This document shows, piece after piece, positions 51,304-61,978 of a stretch of 64,000 nt of DNA. The DNA comes from Vulcanimicrobiota bacterium (lineage in GTDB: Bacteria; Vulcanimicrobiota; Vulcanimicrobiia; Eremiobacterales; Eremiobacteraceae), in assembly GCA_963805945.1 (NCBI GenBank), contig CAWDVP010000004.1:64001-128000 (forward strand), in the 5' to 3' direction. The notes under the pieces were generated by a model that worked only from the letters and a program-made list of their open reading frames with translations, made no database searches and was not told the DNA's origin. Within the stretch, counting starts at the first letter, position 1. Each line of letters opens with the position of its first letter. Both the position numbers and the translations under genes were made by a program.

Positions 51304-51983
51304 TGCGTCGAATTCGCCTGGTTCGCAAGATACGCGTTGATGAAGCGGATGATCGTCGCCTGATCGAACGCGTCGAGCCACTCGAGCCGCGTCCAGGCGG
51401 TGAGCGCGATCTTGTGCTTCATGCCCGGATACGGCGCGACGATGACGCCGGTGCCGCGCTCTTCGACGCCCTGCGCCAAGTCAGCCGTGAAACCGGTCGC
51501 GCCCGGCGGCAGCTGCCGGTTGTTGTACTCGGCGGCGAGCTGCGCCAATGCGCCTGCGATATCGGGGCACTGGCAGCTGTACTGCATCAACACGTTGCCG
51601 TGCTCGAGCAAGTGGACCTGCATGTACTTGGGAAGCGGCTGCATGCTGATGAGCTCCTGGGAGAACTGCTCGAGGTGCATGCCCGAGGTCGGCGGATCGG
51701 AGCTGTAATGGAAGGTCGAGACGCCGGCGTCATCGGGTCCCTTCTTATCGTGACCTTGATGGCCTTGCGATTTGAAGAACAGGCCCGGCGTCTCGCGGGG
51801 TCCCGGCGACGCGGTCGACGTGGCCGCGGGCGAAGGGCTTGCGCTGACCGCCGACGGCGGGTTGCGGTGCGAGATGCTCATGACGATGAGCGCGACGATG
51901 GCGATGACGACGAAGGCGGCGAACGCGAGCGTCGCCATGCGGGCGGTCTGGTCGGCCGCCGGCGTGGTGGATTTCTTCGACAT
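51300..51983 (-). CDS. DUF3105-family membrane-anchored protein
   Basis: N-terminal TM, DPPTSGMH, VHLLEHG, TAW. Confidence 0.82.
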   Translation of the reverse strand: MSKKSTTPAADQTARMATLAFAAFVVIAIVALIVMSISHRNPPSAVSASPSPAATSTASPGPRETPGLFFKSQGHQGHDKKGPDDAGVSTFHYSSDPPTSGMHLEQFSQELISMQPLPKYMQVHLLEHGNVLMQYSCQCPDIAGALAQLAAEYNNRQLPPGATGFTADLAQGVEERGTGVIVAPYPGMKHKIALTAWTRLEWLDAFDQATIIRFINAYLANQANSTQ

Positions 51984-52048
51984 GGCGCGGCCTATTCGCG
52001 GGGATTCAGGGCGACGCCTGTAGCGGATGCGCCATCAGCGGCATCGCA

Positions 52049-53542
52049 TCAGGGTACCGCATGCAGCGCATTCACGAATGCGTAGATGACGAGCGGCACG
52101 GCGATGACCACATAGATGCGCAAGAGCCATAACAGCGCCGTCACGCCAGGCCCGAGCTTGCGGCGGGGCAGAGGCGGCCTCATTTCGGGATGATGTTCGG
52201 GAACACGGTGATGACGCCGTATGCCGAACCCATGAGCGCGATGATGATGATGATGGCGCCTCCCAGCGCTTGCTCTTCCACCCGTTCGCCAGCGGTCCGA
52301 TGACCTCACGGTCGTTGGCGAGCAGGAGCAAGAACAGCAGCGCCGGCGCCATCAGCAGGGTGGCGATGACGTTGACGGCAGATCGTGATGGCGAGCAGCG
52401 GCGCGTGCGGGATCAGCACGACGGCGGCGGCGACGACGACCGAGACGATGGCCGACGCGTAGAACGGCCGCGCGCTGGCGAAATCCGGCGTTGAGGCTGT
52501 GCGCGCGCGGATACTCTCGCCGAACGCGTAGGCCGAGCTCGTGGAGATCGTCATCGCGGCCACCAGCCCGGCCTCGATGATGCCGAGCGCGAACAGCGTC
52601 GCCGCCTGTGCCCGCCGAGCAACGGCTGCAGCGCGGTCGCGAAGTCGGCGCCGCTGGCGAAGCTGACGAGACGTTGACATGATGCGATGAAGAGCGGCGC
52701 GGCGGCCACGAGAGTGGCGATCGCGGCGACCGCCGCGACCGCCGCGCCGATCGCGGTGTCGAACCGGCCCTGCGGCAGATCGGCTCGCGCCAGGCCTTTG
52801 TCCACCACCGCGCTCTGCTGGAAGAAGATCATCCACGGCGTGACCGTGGCGCCGATGTCGCCAGGATGAGCGTCACGAAGCGCAGCAGTCGAGCCCGCCT
52901 GGCAGCGGGCTCCAGGTGCCGAACGCGTGCGCCAGCGCCGCCCCGCTCGGATGCGCCAAGAGCGCCGCGGGGACGAACAGCAGGTTGAACGCCGCGAGCG
53001 CCAGCACGGCGCGCTCCCAGGTGAAGTAGCGCCGCATGCGAGCGACGCGAAGATCACAGGCCGCGCCGCCCGCCACCGACAGCCAGCGGCGCGGAGATGC
53101 CGAAGTACAGCCCACCGGCCTGGATCGCGATGAACTCGGTGATCAGGGTCAGCACGTTGCCGAACGGCGAGATCGACCATCGAGAAGTAGCCCCAGAACG
53201 GCCGAAGCGGTCGAAGATGAGCTCGGCATGTCCGCGATGCGTCGCGATGCCGAGACGCACCGTCATCTCCTGCACGACGAACGCCATGAAGAACGTGAGC
53301 AGGATGAACGGGACGAAGAAACCGATGCCGTAGGTCGCGCCGGTCGTCGCGTACGAGAGCATGCTCGGGCCGTCGTTCTCGCCGAGCATGACCAGAATGC
53401 CGGGACCCGCGAGCAGGAAGTACAACCAGATGGGCTGGTGTTCGCGGCGCGCTTCGACCACCCGCGCTCGATCGCGCGCGCGCAGCGTCTCCTCGCGCGA
53501 CGCGCGCTGGTCCGCGGCGGAGACCTCCACGAACTCACCCAT
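52049..53542 (-). CDS. NRAMP-family divalent metal transporter (multiple frameshifts)
   Basis: GPGILVMLGENDGP, QEMTVRLG, GATVTPWMIFFQQS across several frames. Confidence 0.85.
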
Positions 53543-54230
53543 GCGCGGCAGCCTTCACCCGGATCGCCGTGCAGCGCACTTCGCCGGCGGCCTTGCGCGC
53601 GACGGTCAAAGATCGCCGGCCGATCCGCAACCGGATGCCGGCCGCGCTTGCGGACTCCACCGTGCCGCGTAAACCCGGCAGCACGCCTCGTTCGCGCAGA
53701 TACTTGACCGCCGCTTCATCGCGATCGTCGAGAAACGTGACGACCACCGTGTCGCCGCGACCGGTATCCGAAAGACGCATGCCCTTCGCCTTGACGTTCG
53801 CACCGCGCGGCGACGGGATGGGATGCCCATGCGGATCGGTCGCCGGATTGCCGAGGAAGTCGGCGAGTCGGCGCGCGATGTCGTCCGAGATCGCGTGCTC
53901 GATCTTCTCCGCGTCCGCGTGGACGCGCTCGAGCGGCACCTTCAGCGCGAGATGGAGGAACGTCTCGACGAGGCGATGCCGGCGCACCATGTCGAGCGCG
54001 AGACGCGTGCCGCGCGCGGTCAGCTGCAGCAGGCCGCCCGCGCCGAGGTCGCGCACGAAGCCGCGCCGCTGCAGGTCGCGCACCAGCTTGCTCACCGACG
54101 CGCGTGACACGCCGAGGCGCCGCGCCACATCCGCCGACTTGACGGGCTCGCCTCCGCCGAGCTGGTAGATCGCCTTGCAGTAGTCCTGCCGCGCACGCTC
54201 CGGCGAACGGTCGCCGCCGGCGTTAACCAT
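53535..54230 (-). CDS. DtxR/MntR-family metal-dependent repressor with FeoA domain
   Basis: QDYCKAIY, RRHRLVETFL, EKIEH, DPHGHPIP. Confidence 0.93.
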   Translation of the reverse strand: MVNAGGDRSPERARQDYCKAIYQLGGGEPVKSADVARRLGVSRASVSKLVRDLQRRGFVRDLGAGGLLQLTARGTRLALDMVRRHRLVETFLHLALKVPLERVHADAEKIEHAISDDIARRLADFLGNPATDPHGHPIPSPRGANVKAKGMRLSDTGRGDTVVVTFLDDRDEAAVKYLRERGVLPGLRGTVESASAAGIRLRIGRRSLTVARKAAGEVRCTAIRVKAAAHG

Positions 54231-54253
54231 AGCTAACGTCAACCATGGTTAAC
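54222..54253. promoter_or_regulatory. Tandem 16-bp palindromes over the mntR start, putative autoregulatory operator
   Basis: GTTAACCATAGCTAAC directly followed by GTCAACCATGGTTAAC. Confidence 0.65.
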
Positions 54254-54288
54254 AGTTTAGCGGCTGGCCGGCCCTCTTCCTCTGGCGA

Positions 54289-54315
54289 TGTAGGGGCCGA
54301 TCTTCAGATCGGCCC
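54289..54315. repeat. REP family A copy
   Basis: TGTAGGGGCCGATCTTCAGATCGGCCC. Confidence 0.88.
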
Positions 54316-54735
54316 TCACGAGCAACGCGCGCACAGGCCGAACAGCTCGAGCTTGTGCTGGGTGAGGGTGAAATGCAGCCTTGAGGTGATCGTGCGGGCG
54401 AAGCGCTCGATCGAGGCGCACGGCACGTCGTCGACCTTACCGCACTTGACGCAGACCGCGTGGTGGTGATGGGCGATCGGGCAGAACACGTACGCGTTCT
54501 CGCCGTGCGGCCCGGGCGACCTCGAGGCGGCGCCCACGTGCTCCAGCACTTCGAGCGTCCGATAGACCGTGGCCAGTCCGATGCGCGGCCGGCGCGCGGC
54601 AAGTCGCTCGTGCAGCTGCTGCGGCGTGACGTAACGGCGCACGCGCGCGAACTCGGCGACGATCGCCTTGCGCTGGCTGGTGACGCGGCAGCCGTTCTTC
54701 GCGAGGGCGTCGTAGACGGCGGTGGAGGCGGTCAT
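54316..54735 (-). CDS. Fur-family regulator, probably Zur
   Basis: RVTSQR, IGLATVYRTL, HHHHAVCVKC, CARC; last gene of a znuACB-like operon. Confidence 0.9.
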   Translation of the reverse strand: MTASTAVYDALAKNGCRVTSQRKAIVAEFARVRRYVTPQQLHERLAARRPRIGLATVYRTLEVLEHVGAASRSPGPHGENAYVFCPIAHHHHAVCVKCGKVDDVPCASIERFARTITSRLHFTLTQHKLELFGLCARCS

Positions 54736-55592
54736 GCCTGCACCTTTTCGCGTTGCCGGCGCGCCTCGATCACCTGGGTGAGCAGCGAGCGGCGCTTGGG
54801 CGAGACAACACGCGAGGAAGAAGCACGGCGTGGCGGTGAGCACGATGGTCGAGCCGGACGCCGCATCGAGATAGTAGGAGGCGTACAGTCCGATGACGGC
54901 CGAGCCCACGCCGACGGCCGCCGAGGTCGCCATCATCGGGCCGAAGCGATTCGGTGAGCTGGTACGCGGTGGCGGCAGGCGTCACGAGCAGCGCCGCGAC
55001 GAGCACGATGCCGGCCGCCTGCAGCGAGACGATGATGGTCACCGCGATGATCACGAGCAGCAGATTGCTCAGCGCGACCGTCGGCAGGCCGCTCGCCTGC
55101 GCCATGAGCGGATCGAACGACGCGAACAGCAGCTCCTTGTAGAACGCGAGATGAGCAGCAGCGCGACGATGGCGAGCCCGCGACGAGAGCGATGTCCGTC
55201 TTGTCGACGAGAGCACGTTGCCGAACAGGAAATCCTGCAGATCGACCATGTAGGTGCGCGTGCGCGACATGAGCAGCACGCCGAGCGCGAACACCGCGGT
55301 GAACAGCACGCCGATCGCGGTGTCCATCGAGACCACGAACGGCGGCTCACCGCGCCGATGCCAAGCGCGGTTAGGATGGCGAAGATGAGGCCGCCCACGT
55401 ACAGGTTATCTTGAACATATAGGCGAGCACGATGCCCAGAAACGATGCGTGCGCGAGGCCGTCGCCGATGAACGCGAGATTGCGCAGCACGACGTAGACG
55501 CCGACGACGCGAACACCAGGCCGATGAGCGTCGACGCGATGAGCGCGCGCTGCATGAACTCGTGCTGCAGCGGGAGCGAGCAGCCAGTCCAC
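54732..55592 (-). CDS. Zn/Mn ABC permease (ZnuB-like, frameshifted)
   Basis: GDGLAHA, DTAIG, FLFGNVL, SFDP, PAATA. Confidence 0.88.
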
Positions 55593-55593
55593 G

Positions 55594-56488
55594 TCAGTGC
55601 TGCATCGAGCGGACGGCCGCTGCGCTTCAGGGATGAGCGAGCACGTGGCTGCCGAAGGTCGCCGAGAGGGTCGCGTCGGTGAGCACCTCGCTCGGCGGAC
55701 CGTAGGCGATGACGCGATGGTTGAGGCAGAGCACCTTGTCGAACCAGGTGGCGACGCACGAAAGGTCGTGCGTCTCGCGATGATGGTCATGCCGGCTTTC
55801 TGCCGCGCTTCGAGCAGCGTGAAGATCGCGTGCTGGCTGGTCGCGTCGACGCCGGCGATCGGCTCGTCGAGCAGCAGCAACGCCGGGTTCTGCACCAGCG
55901 AGCGCGCGACGAAGACGCGCTGCTGCTGGCCGCCCGAAAGTTCGCCGATCTGCGCGCGCGCGAAGTCGCGCATGCCGACTTCGTCGAGCGCGCTCATGGC
56001 GGCGCGCTTGTCCTCGTCCTTGGGCCGATGGAAGAGACCGAGCTTCCCGTATACTCCCATGAGCACGACGTCGAAGACGCTCACCGGAAAAGTCCAGTTC
56101 ACCGCTTCGGTCTGCGGCACATAGCCGACGCCCGGCCCTGGCCGGGAGGCCCGCCGAGCACGTCGATGCTGCCGCAGCCGGCTCGCAGGCCGGCGATGAC
56201 CTTCAGCAAAGTGGACTTGCCGGAGCCGTTAGGCCCGATGATGCCGATGAACTCGCCGCGCCGACGTCGAAGGTGACTTCGTCGAGCACGTCGCGGCCGA
56301 AGTAGCCCGCGCAGATGCCTCCATCCAGACCGCATAGCGCGAGTCGTCGGCGGCGGCTTCCATTCAAGCGGATGGTGGCCTTCGTGCCGGTGCAGAGTGC
56401 GGGGCGACCGGTGCGACCGTGTGGCGTGGTCGCGCGGTGCGGCGGGCGCCGCCGGATCGACGTGGGTGTGGTCGTGCGGTTCGTTCAT
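55594..56488 (-). CDS. Zn/Mn ABC ATPase (ZnuC-like, frameshifted, His-rich N-terminus)
   Basis: GPNGSGKST, LSGGQQQRV, LLLDEP. Confidence 0.88.
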
Positions 56489-57377
56489 TGCTGTAGTGCC
56501 TTACGATCGGTCGACGTCGTAGCGCATCAACCGTCGTATGTGGCAAGCTCCGGCGTCGTGCCGAGGGTGTCATCGTAGAGATCGGTGACCGTTTGGATGC
56601 CGGCGCTCGAGGCGAGCTCGTCGGCGAGTTTCCGCGAGAATTGCGGCTCCGCGAAGACGGCGTGCACATGGTGGCGCCGCGCGTCAGGCGATGAGCGCTG
56701 CAGCGCGCCCGCCGACGGCTCTGGCCGGGTGACGGTTCGATCGCGCCGACGTCGTGCATGCCATAGCGCTTGTCGAAGTAGTACCACGCGTCGTGGAAGC
56801 AGATCATGACGCGCGGCGGGCGGGATGGTGGCGATCCGCGCGATCCAGCTATCGAGCGTGCTGAGCGCGCGCGTACGTCTTGCTCGCTTCGCCGCGTTGT
56901 AGGCCGCGTTGGCCGGACGGTCTCGCGCAGTGCGGCGCCGATCTTCTTCGCGTAGTCCTGCGCATAGGTCGCATCCAGCCACAGATGGGGATTGCCGGGC
57001 TCGCTTGCGCGTGCGGCCCGCACCGGCATGCCGTCGGAGAGCACGATCAGCGTGCCTTCGTGTTCGCGACGCTGGCAGCAGTTTGTCCATCCAAGCTCGA
57101 GGCCCGCGCCGTTCTTCACGATGAGCTGGGCCTGTGCGAGCTCGACGAGGTCCTGCGGCGACGGTTCGTACGTCTCCGGCGCGGCGCCGATGGGCACGAG
57201 GCTGACGACATCGATTTGTCGCCGCCGACAGGACTTGACGATCGCGCGAGCGTGGACAAGGTCGCCATGACGTTGATGCGGCCGCCGGACGTCGTGCGAT
57301 GACGCGCTCGTCTGGACTGCGGCGCGCAGGCGCCGGCGAGCAGCGCGAGCACGAGAGCCGCTGCCACATGCGGCCAC
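56485..57377 (-). CDS. Zn/Mn ABC substrate-binding lipoprotein (ZnuA-like, frameshifted)
   Basis: LAGA-C lipobox, YEPSP, NPHLWLD, FHDAWYYF, FAEPQ. Confidence 0.87.
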
Positions 57378-57383
57378 GATTCT

Positions 57384-57404
57384 TATCGAGAATCATTCTC
57401 GATA
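57384..57404. promoter_or_regulatory. Perfect 10-1-10 palindrome, putative Zur box
   Basis: TATCGAGAAT-C-ATTCTCGATA directly upstream of the znuA-like gene. Confidence 0.8.
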
Positions 57405-57450
57405 GCCTTTCGAGCCGTACCTAGGCCCGACCTTCGAGCCGCCCGGAGGC

Positions 57451-57475
57451 TGGACCGGTCGAGTTTACTCGACCG
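57451..57475. repeat. REP family B copy
   Basis: TGGACCGGTCGAGTTTACTCGACCG. Confidence 0.8.
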
Positions 57476-57480
57476 TCCGG

Positions 57481-58814
57481 CTAGAAATCGTCGTCGGGCG
57501 GCACCGTCGAGAGCGGCGCCCCAGGAAGTACTGGGCTCGTCGATCCGCCGTGATGACCTGGAATGGCGTCGGCGTCTGGCCATAGTTGAAGCAGTCCGCG
57601 AGGTCGTCGGCGCGCGCGTCGGTGTAGCCCAGCGACGGCAGGCCGAACGTCTCCTCGATGTACTTGAGGATGCTGCCGTATTCGTGCTGCACGTGCGACA
57701 CGTAGCCGGGCTTCGCATACGGCGAGACGACGATGAGCGGCACGCGGAAGCCGAGCTCGTACGAGTTGTAGATCTGCGGCTGGACGTGATCGAACCAGCC
57801 GCCCCAATCGTCCCAGGTGATGAAGATCGCGGTGTTCTGCCAGTACGGGCTCTGGCCGACCGCGTTGACGATCGAGGCCACCCACGCCGGGCCCGAGCCG
57901 TCGGTGGACAGCGCGTGATCCGAGGCCGCCGCGCTCGGGATGACCCATGAGACTGGCGCAGCTGTCCCGCCGCGATATCGGTGAGGACTGTCGTCTCGGC
58001 ACGATCACGTTCGCCCAGTCCGCGCCGTAGCGAATGTGCTGGATCGCGTCTGGCGCGGACCACAGGCGCCGTTGTACGAATCGTAGTAGCGCCAGGTGAC
58101 GCCGTCGCGTCGAGCTCGTCGAACAGCACCGGGTGGTCGAAGCATGGCGGCAGCATCGTCGCCTCGCTGCCCGACGGGTCGATCATCGCCACCAGCGACG
58201 AGGTTCGAGCCGTCGCAGTTGAGGGTGTTCGCCTACGATTGTATTTCGGGTTCTCGGAGGCGAGCAGGTTGCTGCCGACCGCGTTGGTGGACGTTCCCGA
58301 GATGATGTACTGGTGCGCGGGAAAACTCGGGCCCTGATTCGTCTCGAACATCCGGTCGGCGAACGTGTAGCGCTCCGCCATAGTGAAGTACGGCTGCACC
58401 TCGGCTTGCGGCACGTAGCCGAACGCCGTGAGCGGGCTGCACGCATGGCTCGGGCAGTTTAAACCACCAGGTCCCAACCGTTCATCGAGCCGCCGGCGTA
58501 CTCGGTCTTGAAGCCGGTATGGCTGTGGTCGATATCGTACGGCGCCGTGATGTCGACGGGCTGCAGCGGCACGACTTGCCCCATCGAGTTGGTCCCGCTG
58601 TTGGCGGTGTCGGCGCCGGCAAGCCGTGGAAGAGGTTGTCGGTTGAGCGGTTCTCCTGGAAGATGATGATGACGTATTTGATCTTGCCTTGCCCGGGCGG
58701 TGGCGTGGGGCTAGGGCCCGGCAGCACGCCGCCACCGCTGCCGCTTCCACCGCACGCGGCCAGCGAGAACACAGCCGTCAACGCGATCGCCAAGCCAAGC
58801 ACTGAGCGCTTCAT
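57481..58814 (-). CDS. Phosphoesterase (phospholipase C/AcpA family) lipoprotein, frameshifted
   Basis: LAA-C lipobox, IIFQENRSTD, GPSFPAH, TWDDWGGWFDHV, GFRVP. Confidence 0.87.
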
Positions 58815-58857
58815 AGTTCCAGATTAGCACCCTCGCGCGGTTCCGTGCCTGAGAACG

Positions 58858-58879
58858 CGATGAGAACGATTTCTCATCG
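58858..58879. promoter_or_regulatory. Fur/Zur-box-like palindrome
   Basis: CGATGAGAA-CGAT-TTCTCATCG; spacer 1 nt longer than in the other two boxes. Confidence 0.5.
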
Positions 58880-59104
58880 GGATTTCACCCTTGTGGGGGT
58901 AAAAGAGCGCGCGCTCGCTTCGTTCTTATGGATAGAGAAACGGGCGGGCACAGAGGAGACGGGACATGGTGCAAGAGACAGCAGCGACGACCGGCAGCGG
59001 ATCGGCGCTCACCCGCGCCGAGATGCACGCTTACTACATCGCGTTCGTGACCATGACGCGGGTGGGCTTCGACCCGCGCGCAGCTCGCTGACCAAGTCGG
59101 CTTC

Positions 59105-59443
59105 TTAGGCCGTCAGCAGCTCGTCGCCTTCGCTGGGCGCAAGCTCGATGAGTTCGACTTCTCCGTCGGGAAAGCGAGCGATGATCTGGGAGCTCTCCGC
59201 CCACCGCCTCGATATAGCGACGCAGCGTGCTCACATAGACATCCGTGCAATGCTCGAGTTACGACACCTCGGGCTCGCGTCATGTCGAGTATGCCCGCAA
59301 GCGTCTCTTGTGTGAGCTGGCGCGCGCGCCGCACTTCGCCGAGCAGGGCTGCGCGCTTCTTCCAATCTTGCTCTGCGAGCTCTACAACGCCCGGTTTCGA
59401 GTGGGTTGCACGAATCTCGCTCCATCTTCTTGGTACTGGGCAT
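59105..59443 (-). CDS. HigA-like XRE antitoxin (frameshifted)
   Basis: VRRARQLTQETLA and STLRRYIEAVGGEL fragments. Confidence 0.75.
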
Positions 59444-59811
59444 CAGATCAAACCCTCGGCTTTCGAGCTCTTCAAGGTGGTAGGCATGAGAGTTTCGGTC
59501 AGCGATCGGCACCATGCGCTCGTAGAATCGTCCGTCACCGGTCTTGTCGCCGCCGATAAGCAGAATCGCTACGCGTCGCGGGTCGAAGGCGAAGAACGTG
59601 CGCGAAGTAGGACGGCCCCCGAGCCTGAGTCCGCAACTCCTTCATGTTGGCGAATCGCGAATCTCGAACTGCGTCGGCGTATGGGCGAGCTAGACCCGGA
59701 CCGCTTTCTTCGAGGAGTTTGATCGAGACGTAAAGCGCGCGCTGCTCGGCGATGCCCGAAGGATCCGTACCACCCCTTGAACTCGTTCGTGCTCTCGACC
59801 ACCCATATCAC
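59443..59811 (-). CDS. HigB/RelE (Gp49-like) toxin (frameshifted)
   Basis: WVVESTNEFKGWY, MKELR, FFAFDP, LLIGGDKTG fragments; upstream of the XRE gene. Confidence 0.72.
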
Positions 59812-59873
59812 CGCTATTATACCTTCTATATCATAGTCTGTCAAAGGTATGAGGCCATCGCCACAACGCAAAG

Positions 59874-59900
59874 AGGCCGACCTGAAGGTCGGCCTCTACA
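59874..59900. repeat. REP family A copy
   Basis: AGGCCGACCTGAAGGTCGGCCTCTACA. Confidence 0.85.
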
Positions 59901-60627
59901 TGGAGCCGCGGGCGTTGAATAAGCCCAGAGCGTGCGCCCGGTAGTCCGCTAAGATCGAGCTCACGTAGTTGCGCGTCTCCGCATACGGCGGCACGCCGTG
60001 GTACCTGTCGACCGCGCCTGAACCCGCGTTGTAGGCGGCGAGCGCGAGGTCGAGCCGGCCGCCATACTGATCGATAAGACCGCGCAGCATCTTCGCCCCC
60101 GCGTCCACGTTTTGCACAGGATCGTACGGGTCGTTGACGCCGAGCGATTTCGCGGTGTCCGGCATGAGCTGCATGAGGCCCATCGCGCCGGCCGACGACT
60201 GCGCCTTCGGATTGAACCCAGATTCTTGCTGGATGACCGCGGTGAGCAGCGCCGGATCGAGCTCATGCCGCTGTGCGCTGCGCTGGATGAGGCCGTCATA
60301 CGGATTTGCCGCCTGCGCCTGCGATTGGGCGCGGCGGGTGGGAGTGGACGGCTGCGCGGCCGACGCGGCGGATTCGGCGCTGCGCGCGAGCGACTGCAGC
60401 GCTTTCATGAACGTGCGCTCGATGGACTTGAGCTGGCTGGAGAGCTGTGTGATGAGCTTGGACAGGCTCATCTCGTTCGGATCGGTATGATTATCGCCGC
60501 TGGCGCTGGGCGCCGGCTCGGACGGCGGAAGACCTGTATCGCCGCCTGCGTCGATCGGACGCGTCGCGACGGGCAACGTCCAGCGTAAACTCGAGGGGTC
60601 GGGCGTATCGATCGGTGCGATGCTCAT
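59896..60627 (-). CDS. Lytic transglycosylase (SLT domain)
   Basis: QESGFNP, GAMGLMQLMP, ALAAYNAG, PPYAETRNYV. Confidence 0.93.
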   Translation of the reverse strand: MSIAPIDTPDPSSLRWTLPVATRPIDAGGDTGLPPSEPAPSASGDNHTDPNEMSLSKLITQLSSQLKSIERTFMKALQSLARSAESAASAAQPSTPTRRAQSQAQAANPYDGLIQRSAQRHELDPALLTAVIQQESGFNPKAQSSAGAMGLMQLMPDTAKSLGVNDPYDPVQNVDAGAKMLRGLIDQYGGRLDLALAAYNAGSGAVDRYHGVPPYAETRNYVSSILADYRAHALGLFNARGSM

Positions 60628-60707
60628 CGCCAATCCTTTCCGCAAGAGAACAGCGCTCGTACTATCACGCGATCGCCTGCATCGGTCCAGGGGCGCGGCG
60701 CAATCGC

Positions 60708-61978
60708 TCAGGCGATCGCCCCAAGCGCCTCGATCGGATCGCCGGCCCTGCCGTCGCCGTCGAAGACGAATGCCTCGAGCTCCTCGCGCGCGGCGACACA
60801 CGCGTCGAGCCAGCCATCCGAGCCGGCGCGGTACGCGCCGATAGCGAAGAGATCTTCTGCACCGGCGAGCGTGGCGAGCGCGTGGCGGACGATCGCCGCG
60901 TCGTGCCGATGCTCGGGTGTGACGATCTCCGGCATCGCGCGGCTCAAGCTGCGCAGCACGTCGATCGCCGGGTAGCGCGCGGCTTCGGCGAAGCGCCGCG
61001 ACAGCGCGATGTGCCCGTCGAGCAGCGCGCGCACCGCGTCGGTGACGGGCTCGAATTCGTCGTCGCCGTCGACCAAGACCGTGTACACCGCGGTGATCGA
61101 GCCCTGCGGACGCGCGCCGGCCCGCTCGACGAGCCGCGCGAGTGCGAGCGGCATCGAGGGCGGATGGCCGCGCTGCGCTGGTGGCTCGCCGGCCGCGAGC
61201 GCCATCTCGCGCCACGCCGCGGCGACGCGGGTGAGCGAATCGATGACGAGCAGCACGCGTCGGCCGCTGCGGCACAGCCATTCCGCTTGTGCGGTCGCGG
61301 TTCGGGCCGCGGTGAAGCGCTCGATCGCGCTCGTTTCGGAGGTCGCGCAATATAAGGAAGTGCTCGGCCAGCACGGCAGCACTTGAAGCCGGTCGCGAGC
61401 CTCTGCGGCCTCGCGGGCGCGCTCACCGACGAGCGCCACGACACGCGCATCGACCGCCGCGTTTCCGACGATGCGCCGCAGCAGCGTCGTTTTGCCGACG
61501 CCTGCGCCGGCGGTGAGCGAGACGCGCTGTCCGTAACCGAGCGTCGCGAACGCGTCGATCGCGGCGACACCGGTGCGCAAGACCCGCGCGATGGGAGCGC
61601 GGGCGCGCAGCGGCAAGCGCGGCGGATCCAGCGGCGCGACGATGCGCGCGCGGCTGCCGCGCGCCCGGCCCCACGCGTCGGCGACTGCGCCGAGCAGCGC
61701 CGTACCGACGTATGCGCCGAGCCTGCCGAGTTCGCTAAGCGCCGGCGCGCCGACCGCGACGCCGGCGACGCCGCCCAACGGCGTGCAGCGCGCGCCGTCG
61801 CCATCCACCGCGCGCACTTCGGCGAGCACGCGACCGCCGTCGCGCGTGGCGATCGTCAGGACATCGCCCGGCGTCAGCGCGGGCGCGCGGACCACCACGA
61901 TGTCGGCGCCCACGCTCGTGACACAACCACGGCTATGAATCCGTCGGCGTGCTCGAAGGTGAGCGGCAAATCACGCAT
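60708..61978 (-). CDS. fliI: Flagellar export ATPase
   Basis: AGAGVGKT, VGERARE, DSLTR, GEPP, LDGHIALSR, YPAIDVLRSLSR; frameshift near the 5' end. Confidence 0.92.

Noticed and set aside
58966..59091. Short plus-strand ORF MVQETAATT... after a GAGGAG sequence
   Set aside because: About 41 aa with no motif; it cannot be supported without homologs
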